IMG/VR virus record: IMGVR_UViG_3300042556_001053 | Location: 50,444 to 114,443 of that record | DNA from: a virus | Strand: one strand, 5' to 3' | DNA length: 64,000 nucleotides | Part shown: piece by piece, positions 19,362-29,689 of the stretch | How the letters are laid out: every line of letters starts with the position of its first letter | How positions within the stretch are numbered: the stretch's first letter is position 1 | Notes under the pieces: generated by a model | What the model saw: only the letters and a program-made list of their open reading frames with translations | Database searches by the model: none | Told to the model about the DNA's origin: nothing | Program-made: the position numbers and the translations under genes

Positions 19362-19548
19362 AATAAGATAATTATATCATTATTTAAAATTAAGTTCGGC
19401 GGGTGGATATAAAAAATCAAAGTGCTGCCTTTAAGTTTCGCCAGTAAATGAATTGCATTAAAGTCGTCGCCGAAATAGAGATATCAAACCATCACACAGA
19501 CAACATAGGATTGACACAATCCAAGCATGTCTGATACAATGGAATTCT

Positions 19549-20154
19549 ATGCATGATGAATTAAAAAATACTTTAATAGGTGGTTTGCTAGGAAAGCTGG
19601 CAATCCATCATTCGGTATATCGTTTACCGTGTACAAGTGAATATCTAGAAGAACTTGTATCTGATGTGCTAAACGAAAACGGTATGCCAAATGACTGGAA
19701 GCCTGATAGAAGCCATAGCGTCAGCATAGACATGACATTAGAGTCAGGTGAGAGTATTAGTGTCAAGTCAGGAAGATATGACCCAGAGAAGGCTACATTG
19801 GTTATATCTGGGTCTAGGCTGGGCAAACACGAGACATTAGAGAAGATGGTAGAGTCTGTTGCTTCTACACATGCTGATTACTATGTGTGTTTAGCCAAAG
19901 CAGACCAGGATTGGTCTCATATCCCGTCAAAAAATGAGATCAAGACATATCATTTATTTGTCTTTGAAGCATCAAAATTAGATTATGGTTTTGAGCATTG
20001 GTCAAGAAAAGAATCTAAGCATGGCAAAGGTTATAAGTACGTAATGGATATACCAGGTATGTCAGCTACTATACGTCCTACTATGTCTCATCAGTTGTGG
20101 ACTACGGTATCTTGTGATATCATTGGTATACCAACAAAATTGGAGATACTGTGA
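19549..20154 (+). CDS. Putative PD-(D/E)xK restriction-like endonuclease
   Basis: LEELV...SIDMT...ISVKSG catalytic-like spacing; sigma-A promoter TTGACA-17-TACAAT, leaderless. Confidence 0.45.
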   Translation: MHDELKNTLIGGLLGKLAIHHSVYRLPCTSEYLEELVSDVLNENGMPNDWKPDRSHSVSIDMTLESGESISVKSGRYDPEKATLVISGSRLGKHETLEKMVESVASTHADYYVCLAKADQDWSHIPSKNEIKTYHLFVFEASKLDYGFEHWSRKESKHGKGYKYVMDIPGMSATIRPTMSHQLWTTVSCDIIGIPTKLEIL

Positions 20155-20348
20155 GCGACGATGTTCGTCCTTGGGATCTGTTTAACGGATCTCCTAGGAG
20201 CCCAGAAGAGCTTGCAGCATACCGTCTACAAATTTGTACTGGATGTGAATTCTTTCGTAAAAGAACACAGACATGCAGAAAGTGTGGATGTTTTATGAAA
20301 CTTAAGACGACACTGGAACACGCCAAGTGTCCTATACAGAAATGGTGA
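20151..20348 (+). CDS. Cys-rich zinc-binding small protein (DUF6171-like)
   Basis: RLQICTGC...CRKCGCFMKLK...CPIQKW. Confidence 0.65.
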   Translation: MSDDVRPWDLFNGSPRSPEELAAYRLQICTGCEFFRKRTQTCRKCGCFMKLKTTLEHAKCPIQKW

Positions 20349-20354
20349 TACAAT

Positions 20355-20540
20355 ATGAATGATCAAGAAATAGTTGCGTTTATGGTTGATAGTCTCAATG
20401 CAGACAATCGTGCTATATGTCAAAACAATGGAATGGATCCAGCAGAGATTGAGAAATCAATTGAGCAAAGCCAACAGTCACTCGTCTTCATGATGGGTAA
20501 CTTATACGTCAAGATGAAGGAGAAAAACCTAATTGCTTAA
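20355..20540 (+). CDS. Hypothetical protein
   Basis: ORF preceded by TGATACAAT. Confidence 0.55.
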   Translation: MNDQEIVAFMVDSLNADNRAICQNNGMDPAEIEKSIEQSQQSLVFMMGNLYVKMKEKNLIA

Positions 20541-20869
20541 ATATTATTTTACTCCAACTGCAGAAGCAATTGCTGAAACTAAGCTAGATATTTCTGGCAA
20601 TGAGGATACAATTTATTTTGTTGTTCGTGCAGAATCAAGAGAAGAAGCTCAAGAGTTTGCAATATCTATAATTAATATGAACAACTGGGAGCTAAGTCAC
20701 TCAGAAGAGTAATCTTCCCAAAACTTGTCTCTGCCCATATTGTCTCTATTAGGCATATGGGTAGATTCTTTTTCGGAGCAATTTATGCATACCGTTTCTG
20801 AAAAAATTTTTGTTTGCAAGTTGTCATCTTCAAAATTAATAGATGCTTCAAGATTATCTAGTATACCCA

Positions 20870-21475
20870 TTATTTCACCTTTTCATAGTAGCGCTCATAT
20901 AGCTTGTCTATATTTGCTTGAATAGCGTCAATGTCTTCTTTATAGTTATTTAAAAACATTTGTTCTACTTCTTCTTTTTCTTTTGCACTTTCTCTTGGAA
21001 AATTGCTTAAATAGGGATTTGCCAACTCTGGCTTTTCACCAATCTTTTCTATAATTTGTTCAGCAGTTAATATTTGGTTTACGCTGTATTTGTATGTTCT
21101 GCCAATAACCTTTATCACTGCATTATGGTCTTTAGTAAACTCATGAAATGGTGCTATGAATAGATCTTCGTTATCTAGTAGATATTGTGTATAATCTTTA
21201 TACCTCTGCAACACAACTTCTGTATCAGCATATAGTCCAGTGTTATGTTTATTCAAACCATTTGCAATTGCATAATCCTTATATATTTTTCCAGATACTA
21301 GTGATGGCAGAGCATCTCTTAGTGGCACTACAAATGGATAATCTAAGTTTCTGTTTTCTAGTGCTTCTATTTTATGTGACCATAAAGGTACAGCTTGAAT
21401 ACATAGTGTGTAACCTATTGCCCCAGCTAGAAATGTATTTCCTGATCTCTCTAGTCCGTCTATGTAGATTTTCAT
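20870..21475 (-). CDS. Sulfotransferase-like P-loop protein
   Basis: Start MKIYIDGLERSGNTF resembles the 5'-PSB loop; PLRD...SLVS resembles the 3'-PB motif. Confidence 0.55.
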   Translation of the reverse strand: MKIYIDGLERSGNTFLAGAIGYTLCIQAVPLWSHKIEALENRNLDYPFVVPLRDALPSLVSGKIYKDYAIANGLNKHNTGLYADTEVVLQRYKDYTQYLLDNEDLFIAPFHEFTKDHNAVIKVIGRTYKYSVNQILTAEQIIEKIGEKPELANPYLSNFPRESAKEKEEVEQMFLNNYKEDIDAIQANIDKLYERYYEKVK

Positions 21476-21900
21476 ATTATTAGTATACCGCAAAATCTGA
21501 AAAAGTTTTTGTTTTCTGATAGGCAAAAAGAATCTTGCGCTTTGCAGATACAGTATATTTAGATCAGTATTAGTCTTGAGGCTTAGAGCTGTGTGGCTCA
21601 GTGCATGTGCACCCAGCGCAGCAGAATCGGTCTCTTGGCATGACTACGGTTGTTTCTTCCATGGATTTATTATAGCACAGAATATCGTAAATTCACTTTG
21701 CCAAAAATCTGAATATTTTGTAGCTTTGTATGATACACGTATACAGGAAAAAAATACAAAAAAAATAGTGAGCACACTGTTGTATGCCCACCATCTTAAT
21801 TATTTACACTTACAGGGGTCTATGCGTGTTGTGTTGCCATCAAATAGAATGATGCCTGTGTCTCCACATGTCTCGCATGTGTGTGCGTAGAGTGCTGATG

Positions 21901-22490
21901 TCATTTAGTAGCCTTTCGTACTGTATAGAATTTATACCCTGCAATAATAACTGCGCTAGTCAATAGCATTGCCCATGATAGGGATAGATAGATGAAGTCA
22001 CCTGCATCAAGCATGAAGCCATAGTCATTGAGTTCAATAGTCATTGCTTACTTACCTGCCTCAATCTTTTGAATGTTAGCGGTGAACTTCTTGACCTTGC
22101 CTAGGTCGCTATCGTTTAGTGATGCGATGAGGTGGTCAATAGCCTTGACCTCATGTGCGATGTTGTCAATGCTTAGTAGTTTAGAGCCCTGCCAAATTGA
22201 GTAAGTGATTGTCATTGTCATTGTCTGTTCTTCTTTCTTTAGTTAGTTTGTTATAGTGATAATACTAGTAGGGATAGGGGTAAAAGTCAAGCCTTTAGCG
22301 TGTGGTGTTGGTCACACTACCAGCCAAGCACACGCTTGCGGTAGGCTTCTACCTCAGCAATCTGCTCTGGTGTAGCGTTGCGGTATGCCTGAACGCTCTC
22401 TCTAATCCAAGGGGACTTAGCCATAGCCGCCTCATGCTGTACCGCATAGCGTGCTTGCTGTTCTGCTCTTACTCTGTTTAGTGTATCCAT
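21901..22490 (-). CDS. Three small leftward early-type genes (21901-22044, 22048-22221, 22317-22490)
   Basis: Short ORFs with RBS behind minus-strand promoters; the MDTLNR gene resembles the MDTYNR gene at 22974..23120. Confidence 0.55.
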
Positions 22491-22743
22491 TTGATGAACA
22501 CCTTTCTTTAGTTTGTTATAGTAGAATACTATCACACTACCCTGACAAATGCAAGTCCAAACACGGCGTGTCGCATGTGATGTGTACCACATCGCCTCGG
22601 GCCCCCTGTGGTGTAGGTCACATGTGTTCTACGTCACAATGTCCTAAATGTCCGTTTTGTACCCCCCAATTTGTCAGACCCCCCTGTTATACTTACTAGT
22701 ATAAAGAAAGTTAAAAAGGTTTTAACTAAGAAAGGAAAACAAA

Positions 22744-25586
22744 ATGTTTTCACTAAAATACAAAGTAGAGTATAACTCTAATCCTAACTACCCTCTATCA
22801 AAAGAGTTTGGTAATGTTTCTCTAACAGTACCTAGCGAGGTCTACGCTAATGAATACTTAGACCTAGTATCTCAAAGAGGTACTATCCTAGAAGTTTCTC
22901 TAACAGAGTTAGAAAACTACACACCTAGCAATCGTCAGGTGTACGCTACTACTAGAAGTTGGGAGTAATCGTAATGGATACTTATAACAGAATTCTTAAA
23001 GAGCAACAAGAAAAAAGACTTGCTCAATTAGAAAAAAATAAGGCTAGCATAGAGGCTATGTTCTCTAGCAATAGTCGCCCTCTAAATAATAATCATGAAT
23101 TAAAGAAAGTAGAAAACTAATGAGTCACTATGTAAATGTTAAATCAGTTTGTGGAAACGCAACTGCTGCAATTGACATGTATGATTTAGAACTAAACAAC
23201 GAAATTGTTTGTTGTGACAATTGCAAATCAATTTTGATTTGTCGTAATGCTTGGAACGAATTGTATAAGGAGAATAAATAAATGTTAGTTGTAATGATTG
23301 CAATGTTGGTGTTTGGTTTTCTTTACTACCATAGTAATTTATAAACATGCAACGCACTGCATAAAAAAGCTCGGGGCTTCTGTGGTGTAGATCACATTTA
23401 AGTTACGGCGTGTCGCCTTGACTTTTTGACTTTTATCGTGTAGTATTCTACTTATACAATTAAATAAAGATAAATCAGGCAGTGAGCCTAGCAAATAAGT
23501 GTGATGCAAATCACAATGAGCCTAGCGAATAAATGCCCTAATTTGTCAGTACCCCCTGATAGGATAGTCTTATCAATTAAACGAAAGGAAGTCACTCAAT
23601 GACTTACACTGTAACACTAGAAACCTTTAATGGTTCAGTAAAGAAAATCGCTCTACCTTCACGAGGTGCTGTTGCTCAATTTATTTCACAGTATCCTAAC
23701 ACTCTACCTGTTGGCGTATCTGTCAAGGTCGCTTGCGACTCTCTTGCAATTTCTGGAACACTACGAGGAAAGGCTTCACTATAATGAAAATTGAACACAA
23801 TCTAAAGTTTGTCACAGAGTTTGCAGAGGGCCATCCTGTAACAATGCAGATGAGTGCACTACCTGAAACACTACGCATTCAAATGCTTGAGTCAATGCTA
23901 AAAGAGTTAATCGCTCCAAAGTTAGGACCTATCCTTGATGAAATTAACGCAGGCGGGTCCTATGCAATTCTAAAGGTGGTTCAGTAATGATGACACGCAA
24001 AGACTATGTAGCAACTGCAGAAATTTTAAATAAGTTTGCTGACAGAATTGATTCACATGAATTCAATGATTTAGTTTTTGAATTTGGTGAAATGTTTTTA
24101 GCGGACAATCAAAGATTTGTTGTAGAAAAATTTGAAAGTGCTTGCTATGAAAATACAATGTCACACATTCAACAATCAACAAGATACAATCCTAACTTGT
24201 AAAATAAAAAACCTAAGCAAGTTTTAAAACTGCTTGATCTTTTCAAATAAAAAAGCTCGGGGGTTTTCCACAGGCTGTGGATAAGTTTACGTGGTTGTGA
24301 TTTTTCTCACATTTATTGAGCGTCTCACTATTTAAGACTACTTGCTAGTAATTAGATTTTTGTCAGTAGGTAATGATAGGATTACAGAGTAATAAAGTAA
24401 TTAAACAAAAAGAAAGAGGTTGCCACATGGCTACTAAACTATACACAATAGAAAACCTACTTGTAGGAAAAACTTATCGCTCACGAAACCGCCACTTTGA
24501 GGGTGTAATCACACACGCAGAAAAGCGTGAAGGAATTTGGTATGGAGAAAATACTGAGGCGTATGTCGTACAGATTGACACGCCTTCCTATTTGTCAGAC
24601 CGCTATGCTACTGTTGCAGTAAAGATTGGAGAATAATAATGAACACATGGAATTGCATGGATTGCTATGATGAGGGCGTACTCTTTTGGGGTAGCACTAA
24701 TGGCGAATACGATACAGAATTTTGTGAGTGTAACAAGGGTGTTATGCTTTACAACGAATACACCGCATGGTACGCTAGTAATGAATTAAACGAATACACA
24801 TTGGAGAACGCATAATGAACGAATACCTATACTCTGTCACCGCTACCTATGACTCTGCCTCTGCACCTGTTTGGATTGGTCGTTATAGTGATGCTTTATC
24901 TGCCGTTGAAACTTTCCAGCAATTTGTTGATAGTGGAGATGCTAAAGAATACGCAACAATTAACCTGTCTGAACCTTCAGGCAAGATGCACACAAAAACT
25001 TTCTACACTACAGGATTGGTGGTAACACGATAATGGGAAGCAATTTCGCAACAGACCTATCAGAAAACATTGACATAAGCCTTGAACAGGCTATTGGTTA
25101 TCACTTACAGGGTAATCACTATCCACCAGTACCGCTAAGCATGGTGCCAGTATGCATACAGGCTATTGACTTTGCTCATGAGGATAAGTGGGACGAGACT
25201 ATTGAGATGCCTGATGGTATTTCTTATAAGGGCTTAACTGCTGCACCAGTTTGGGCTATTATTGAGCAACACCACTTGCACGCATGGCTACCAGAAAACG
25301 TTGAAGATTTTAACGAAGACTTAGGATTTGAATTAGGATTGGGGTTAGAATAATGAGTGATACAATAATTGACATGGAACTTGTAAAAGCTGATGCATTG
25401 AAAGTAGATGCATTGCAGATTGGCGATCTAATCAGTTACAATGATGAGATTGTTGAAATAACTTTTATTGAATGCGATTCAACAGGAGATAACTATGACA
25501 TTGAAATCAGAAATGATTTTGGTGAAACAGAAGTTGTTCAGTTTGCATTTGATGAAGAAGTTGATTGGTACGTCTACTTAGACTAA
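22744..25586 (+). CDS. Run of small rightward early-type hypothetical genes (22744, 22974, 23120, 23599, 23784, 23987, 24427, 24815, 25033, 25353)
   Basis: Tightly packed, often TAATG-coupled ORFs with AAGGA/GGAG RBS; 25033..25353 has a conserved-looking HLQGNHYPPVP motif. Confidence 0.65.
24208..24236 (+). ncRNA. 3'-UTR H-type pseudoknot, copy 1
   Basis: AAAAC-C-TAAGCA-A-GTTTT-AAAAC-TGCTTG. Confidence 0.6.
24264..24284. promoter_or_regulatory. Inverted DnaA-box pair with 3-bp spacer
   Basis: TTTTCCACA-GGC-TGTGGATAA. Confidence 0.65.
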
Positions 25587-25808
25587 AAGGGGCCGAGGCC
25601 CTGTGATCTACGCCACAATTACGTAAGTTGATATTTTCTCCCATTTCTGGTAAGATTATTACATGAAGAAAAATGCTGAGGAATTAAGACGATTAATGGA
25701 ATTACGTCGTTCTAATGCAGCCTCCGCTGTTCCAAATAAAAAGAAATACAATAGAAAAAAATGTCAGTCCCAAATGCTAAAATTAAGTAAAGAAAGCGAG
25801 TAGCCACC

Positions 25809-26531
25809 ATGACTAAATTACTCAGAAGCAAAGATAGGAAAGTAGCAAATGCCGTCACCCCTAATGGAAAACAAGCAAGTATCGCCAACACGTTTGGTCT
25901 CCCCGCAGGAAAGGCGTACTCATGCCCTGGAGCGACTAGCGTATGCGAGAGTGTTTGTTATGCTGGCAAATTGGAAAAGGTATTCCCAACAGTAAAGAAA
26001 AACCTATTGCACAATTGGGAATTAGTTAAAGACGCTGATCACGATACTATTGAAGCATTGCTTGAAGAGATGATTAAAGATTTTAAGGCTGATTGTGTAA
26101 AGCGTGAAGCGCCTATGCTATTTCGTATTCACTGGGACGGCGATTTCTTTAATGATACTTATACATTCGCATGGAAGCATGTCATCCTTAATAATCCTGA
26201 TATTCAGTTCTGGGTATACACACGTGTGAAGAGTGCAGCGGTAATGCTTAAGGATATCCCTAACCTTAGTCTTTATTACTCTACAGATAGTGAGAATAAG
26301 TCTATTGGCGTTACCCTGAAAAAAGATCATGGTATAAAGCTTGCATACCTTGCTAAGAATTTCTTAGTAGGACAGGCAGACATGAAAGAGATGATTGGCA
26401 AGGTAGGCGCTAAGTGTCCTGAGAATAAGAAAGCCATTCCCCTAATCTCAACAAATGGAAGCGCTTGCGTTTCTTGCTCATTGTGTGTATACTCTAAGAG
26501 CGACATAGTATTCTCGTCAAGCAAGAAATGA
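25809..26531 (+). CDS. Gene product 88-like (radical-SAM-related) protein
   Basis: FGLPAG..SCPGATSVCESVCYA, FRIHWDGDF, FWVYTR motifs. Confidence 0.75.
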   Translation: MTKLLRSKDRKVANAVTPNGKQASIANTFGLPAGKAYSCPGATSVCESVCYAGKLEKVFPTVKKNLLHNWELVKDADHDTIEALLEEMIKDFKADCVKREAPMLFRIHWDGDFFNDTYTFAWKHVILNNPDIQFWVYTRVKSAAVMLKDIPNLSLYYSTDSENKSIGVTLKKDHGIKLAYLAKNFLVGQADMKEMIGKVGAKCPENKKAIPLISTNGSACVSCSLCVYSKSDIVFSSSKK

Positions 26532-26720
26532 GGAGATAAATGGAAAGTCTAGTTATCCTATCACTAATAGGGTTGTTAGTCTTGCTAATCAACCAATAAT
26601 GTGACATAAATCACACCCGCAAGCGTCTCAAATAGTGAGAAATACAAGAAATGGAGTTGAAAAATGTCAGTAGGAAATGTTATACTTAATACATACAACA
26701 AACTAACAAGGAGAAAAAAC

Positions 26721-26888
26721 ATGACAGTAGCAACAAACACATACAAGGTAGGCGACCTCTACACATCTCAGAAGTCAAAGGTAACAGGAACAATTCTTGA
26801 AATCTCACCTACTGCTAAGGACACAGTTCGTGTGAAGTTAGATGTAAATGGCAACACACGCTGGACAACATGGAAGGCTAATGCGTAA
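26721..26888 (+). CDS. Small SH3/KOW-like protein
   Basis: AGGAG RBS; YKVGD...VTGTILEI...VRVKL. Confidence 0.6.
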   Translation: MTVATNTYKVGDLYTSQKSKVTGTILEISPTAKDTVRVKLDVNGNTRWTTWKANA

Positions 26889-26902
26889 TTAGTTAGTTCT
26901 AT

Positions 26903-26929
26903 GTCCTGAGCATGACTCTAAACTGCTCA
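26903..26929 (+). ncRNA. 3'-UTR H-type pseudoknot, copy 2
   Basis: GTC-C-TGAGCA-T-GAC-TCTAAAC-TGCTCA. Confidence 0.6.
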
Positions 26930-26992
26930 CACTAAAAATGTCAGACCTACCCCCTATACTATAAATAAACCACCAAAGAAAAGAGAAACCAC

Positions 26993-27415
26993 ATGGCAAG
27001 AAGCAAAGCAATCTCAGTAAAGATAGCAACACCAAAAGTAATCAAGGCACTAGAAACTCGTCTAGCAAAGTTACAATCAGACTATGCCTCACAAGAAGCA
27101 AACGAAGCAAAGTTTGAGAAGGCAAGAGAAAAGTGGCAGAAGGAAGTAGCAAAGTTTGCTATGACTCATTTTGCTAAAGCAGAAAACCTACGCACAAACT
27201 ATCGCTCATGGAATAAGACACTTAATGTTGATTTTGATTTAACAGTTAGTGAGTCAGACTTTCCTAAAGAGCCTGAGAAGGACTACGAAGTTCTACACCG
27301 CCACTCATACAATGAGATGAAAGAGGAACTAGAAAACGCAATTCGTATCCTCAAGATGACAGATGAGGAAACAGTTAGCACTAGCACATACAACGCTATT
27401 GCTCGTTATCTCTAA
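26993..27415 (+). CDS. Hypothetical early protein (helical)
   Basis: 140-aa ORF behind the TGTCAG promoter at 26939. Confidence 0.7.
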   Translation: MARSKAISVKIATPKVIKALETRLAKLQSDYASQEANEAKFEKAREKWQKEVAKFAMTHFAKAENLRTNYRSWNKTLNVDFDLTVSESDFPKEPEKDYEVLHRHSYNEMKEELENAIRILKMTDEETVSTSTYNAIARYL

Positions 27416-27503
27416 TTAGATTGAGAGATGGGGGAGGGTATTTGACTCCCCCGTCAAAATCTAGTACAATTAAATTAACCAAACAAACAGAAAGCAGGCC
27501 CCC

Positions 27504-27923
27504 ATGGACCAGGTAACAAAAGTAGATAACCATTTCATGACACGAGAATTTCTTGAGTCACAATTAGTAGCAAACAAAGAGCGTATTGCTCAATTAGAAA
27601 AGCACATCCAAGAAGTAACTCAGCGCTCATATGGTGAGGCTGCAGAACGTAACCGCATGCGTAATGAAATGCATGAGTGGACCTTAGAACAAGTTAACGA
27701 TTCAGTTATCTCAGAAGATACTGCACAAGAGATTGCAGACATTTGTGGCTTTGAGTTAACACAAGAATTTGAATTGGAAGTTTCAGTTCAGTATTCAGTT
27801 ACAGTTAATGCACGTAATGAAGAAGAGGCAATGAACCTAATGTATGACATTGATTTTGATTCAGTGTCACATCCTGACGGCGTAACTTATTTGTCATCAA
27901 CAGTTGACAGAGTGGATATTTAG
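27504..27923 (+). CDS. Hypothetical early protein
   Basis: 139-aa ORF; TTGACT-17-TACAAT promoter. Confidence 0.7.
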   Translation: MDQVTKVDNHFMTREFLESQLVANKERIAQLEKHIQEVTQRSYGEAAERNRMRNEMHEWTLEQVNDSVISEDTAQEIADICGFELTQEFELEVSVQYSVTVNARNEEEAMNLMYDIDFDSVSHPDGVTYLSSTVDRVDI

Positions 27924-27939
27924 TAGGGGGTCTACTAAT

Positions 27940-27967
27940 AAACCTGAGCATGTTTTAAAACTGCTCC
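27940..27967 (+). ncRNA. 3'-UTR H-type pseudoknot, copy 3
   Basis: AAAC-C-TGAGCA-T-GTTT-TAAAAC-TGCTCC. Confidence 0.6.
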
Positions 27968-28132
27968 TTCAATTCCCTTGAAAAAATGCTCGGGCCCTGT
28001 GAGCTAGATCACACTATGATTTACGACACATTAAAAAAATGTCCATTTTCTCCCATTTTTAACTATCCTGATTTGCATTTGTCAGTGGCCTTGTGTATAC
28101 TTAAATTATCAACAACAAAAAGGAGAAAACTC

Positions 28133-29149
28133 ATGGCACATGAACTAGAGACACAAAATGGCGTAGCAAGTTTTGCATCATTTCGTGAACCCGCTTGGCA
28201 TGGATTGGGTACCGTATTTACAGAAGAAAAAAACACAGCAGAGATGTTGCAAGCAGCAAATCTCAATGGGTGGAATGTTCGTCTGGAAGATTTGGAAACC
28301 CCATCACATTTAACAAGCGACAAAAACTATCAGTACGTTTTGCGTACTAATCCTACAGACAACTCACAGACAGACATTCTTGGTGTCGTAGGTGAGCGCT
28401 ACCATGTTATGCAGAATGAAGATTTGTTTTCATTTGGTGATAACATTCTAGATGGTGGTGGACGTTGGGAGACCGCTGGCTCAATCAAGGGTGGACGTGT
28501 TGTATTTGGTGCACTAGCACTAGAGCGTGAAACTGTTCTTGACCCTAACGGTGTCGCAGATAAGGTAAAGACTTATTTACTTATCAACACATCACATGAT
28601 GGCTCAATCGCTATTCAAGCAAGCATTACACCTGTTCGTGTTGTGTGCGCTAACACTCTTAACCTTGCATTGAATACAACTAAGCGCAAGGGTGGCGTAA
28701 AGCAATCTTTCAAGATTCGTCACACACAGACAGCACAAGGTAAGGTCGCTATTGCACGCCAGACATTGGGCATGGCTAACGCTTACATGGATTCATTTGA
28801 CATCATGGCTAAGGCAATGATTGAAAAAGAAATCAATGCTAAGCAATTTAACGACATCATTCTTGCTGCATACCCTCAGCCTGACAAGGACACTAAGGGC
28901 GCACTAAAGAAGTGGGAAAACAAGGTTGATGTTATCAATGACATCTACACAGGCCAGTTTAATGGTATGATTGCTGGTAACGCATGGGGTGCTTTCAATG
29001 CACTAACAGAGCGTTTAGATTGGTACCGTTCTGCTCGTGGTGGTTCTAACGAATCTATCCTTGCATCTGCAAGTGGTTTTGACCCTGCTATCAATGCAGA
29101 AAAAAATCGTTTGCTAAAAGTTGTACAGAATGTTATGCAACTAGCATAA
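28133..29149 (+). CDS. DUF932 / TIGR03299 phage-plasmid-like protein
   Basis: MAHEL...REPAWHGLG, ETAGSIKGG, NTSHDGS, TPVRVVCANTL, IRHT motifs; AGGAG RBS. Confidence 0.85.
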   Translation: MAHELETQNGVASFASFREPAWHGLGTVFTEEKNTAEMLQAANLNGWNVRLEDLETPSHLTSDKNYQYVLRTNPTDNSQTDILGVVGERYHVMQNEDLFSFGDNILDGGGRWETAGSIKGGRVVFGALALERETVLDPNGVADKVKTYLLINTSHDGSIAIQASITPVRVVCANTLNLALNTTKRKGGVKQSFKIRHTQTAQGKVAIARQTLGMANAYMDSFDIMAKAMIEKEINAKQFNDIILAAYPQPDKDTKGALKKWENKVDVINDIYTGQFNGMIAGNAWGAFNALTERLDWYRSARGGSNESILASASGFDPAINAEKNRLLKVVQNVMQLA

Positions 29150-29155
29150 TAAAAA

Positions 29156-29182
29156 ATCCTGAGCATGATGTAAAACTGCTCA
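29156..29182 (+). ncRNA. 3'-UTR H-type pseudoknot, copy 4 (2 nt before tRNA-Asp)
   Basis: ATC-C-TGAGCA-T-GAT-GTAAAAC-TGCTCA. Confidence 0.6.
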
Positions 29183-29184
29183 AT

Positions 29185-29258
29185 GGTCTGTTAGCTCAGT
29201 TGGTTAGAGCGCTACCCTGTCACGGTAGAGGTCGTGGGTTCAAGTCCCATACAGATCG
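29185..29258 (+). tRNA. tRNA-Asp(GUC)
   Basis: Full cloverleaf; CTACC-CTGTCAC-GGTAG anticodon arm; GGTTCAAGTCC T-arm. Confidence 0.95.
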
Positions 29259-29689
29259 CAAGAATTTAGGCCGAGGCAATTTGGACAAAACGGACATTTT
29301 AAGAAGCTATATAATTAATCTCAGAAATTTTAATTAAGAGGACTTGCTTTTTTTCGCAGATTCCTGTAAAATTAATATCATGAACACCATAAACGAATTA
29401 ATAAATGAAATCTATGATGACAACTACTCTCACCTAGAGTTTGAGGAAAACATGGGCGGTATTGATTGTGACTGCCATATCCACACTACACTAAACACTA
29501 TTGCTAGATATGCAGGAATTGAGGTAGGGTAATGTTAGGATATTGTAAAGAAGATCTAGATGAAATGATTAGCGCTGTTCAATCTGCTTTAACTACTGTT
29601 AATCCTGATGATGACCCATGGCTACATGATAACTTATTTAAAGTAACAGAGTTTATGAATGGCTTATGGGCAGAGGGGTACTTTGACTA

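Larger units (their letters stand above)
22526..28101. promoter_or_regulatory. Nine TGTCAG-N10-TAnnnT promoters (PafBC/RecA-NDp type)
   Basis: 22547 (-), 22672, 23544, 24361, 24593, 25762, 26665, 26939 and 28080 (+), all with an exact 10-nt spacer. Confidence 0.8.
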
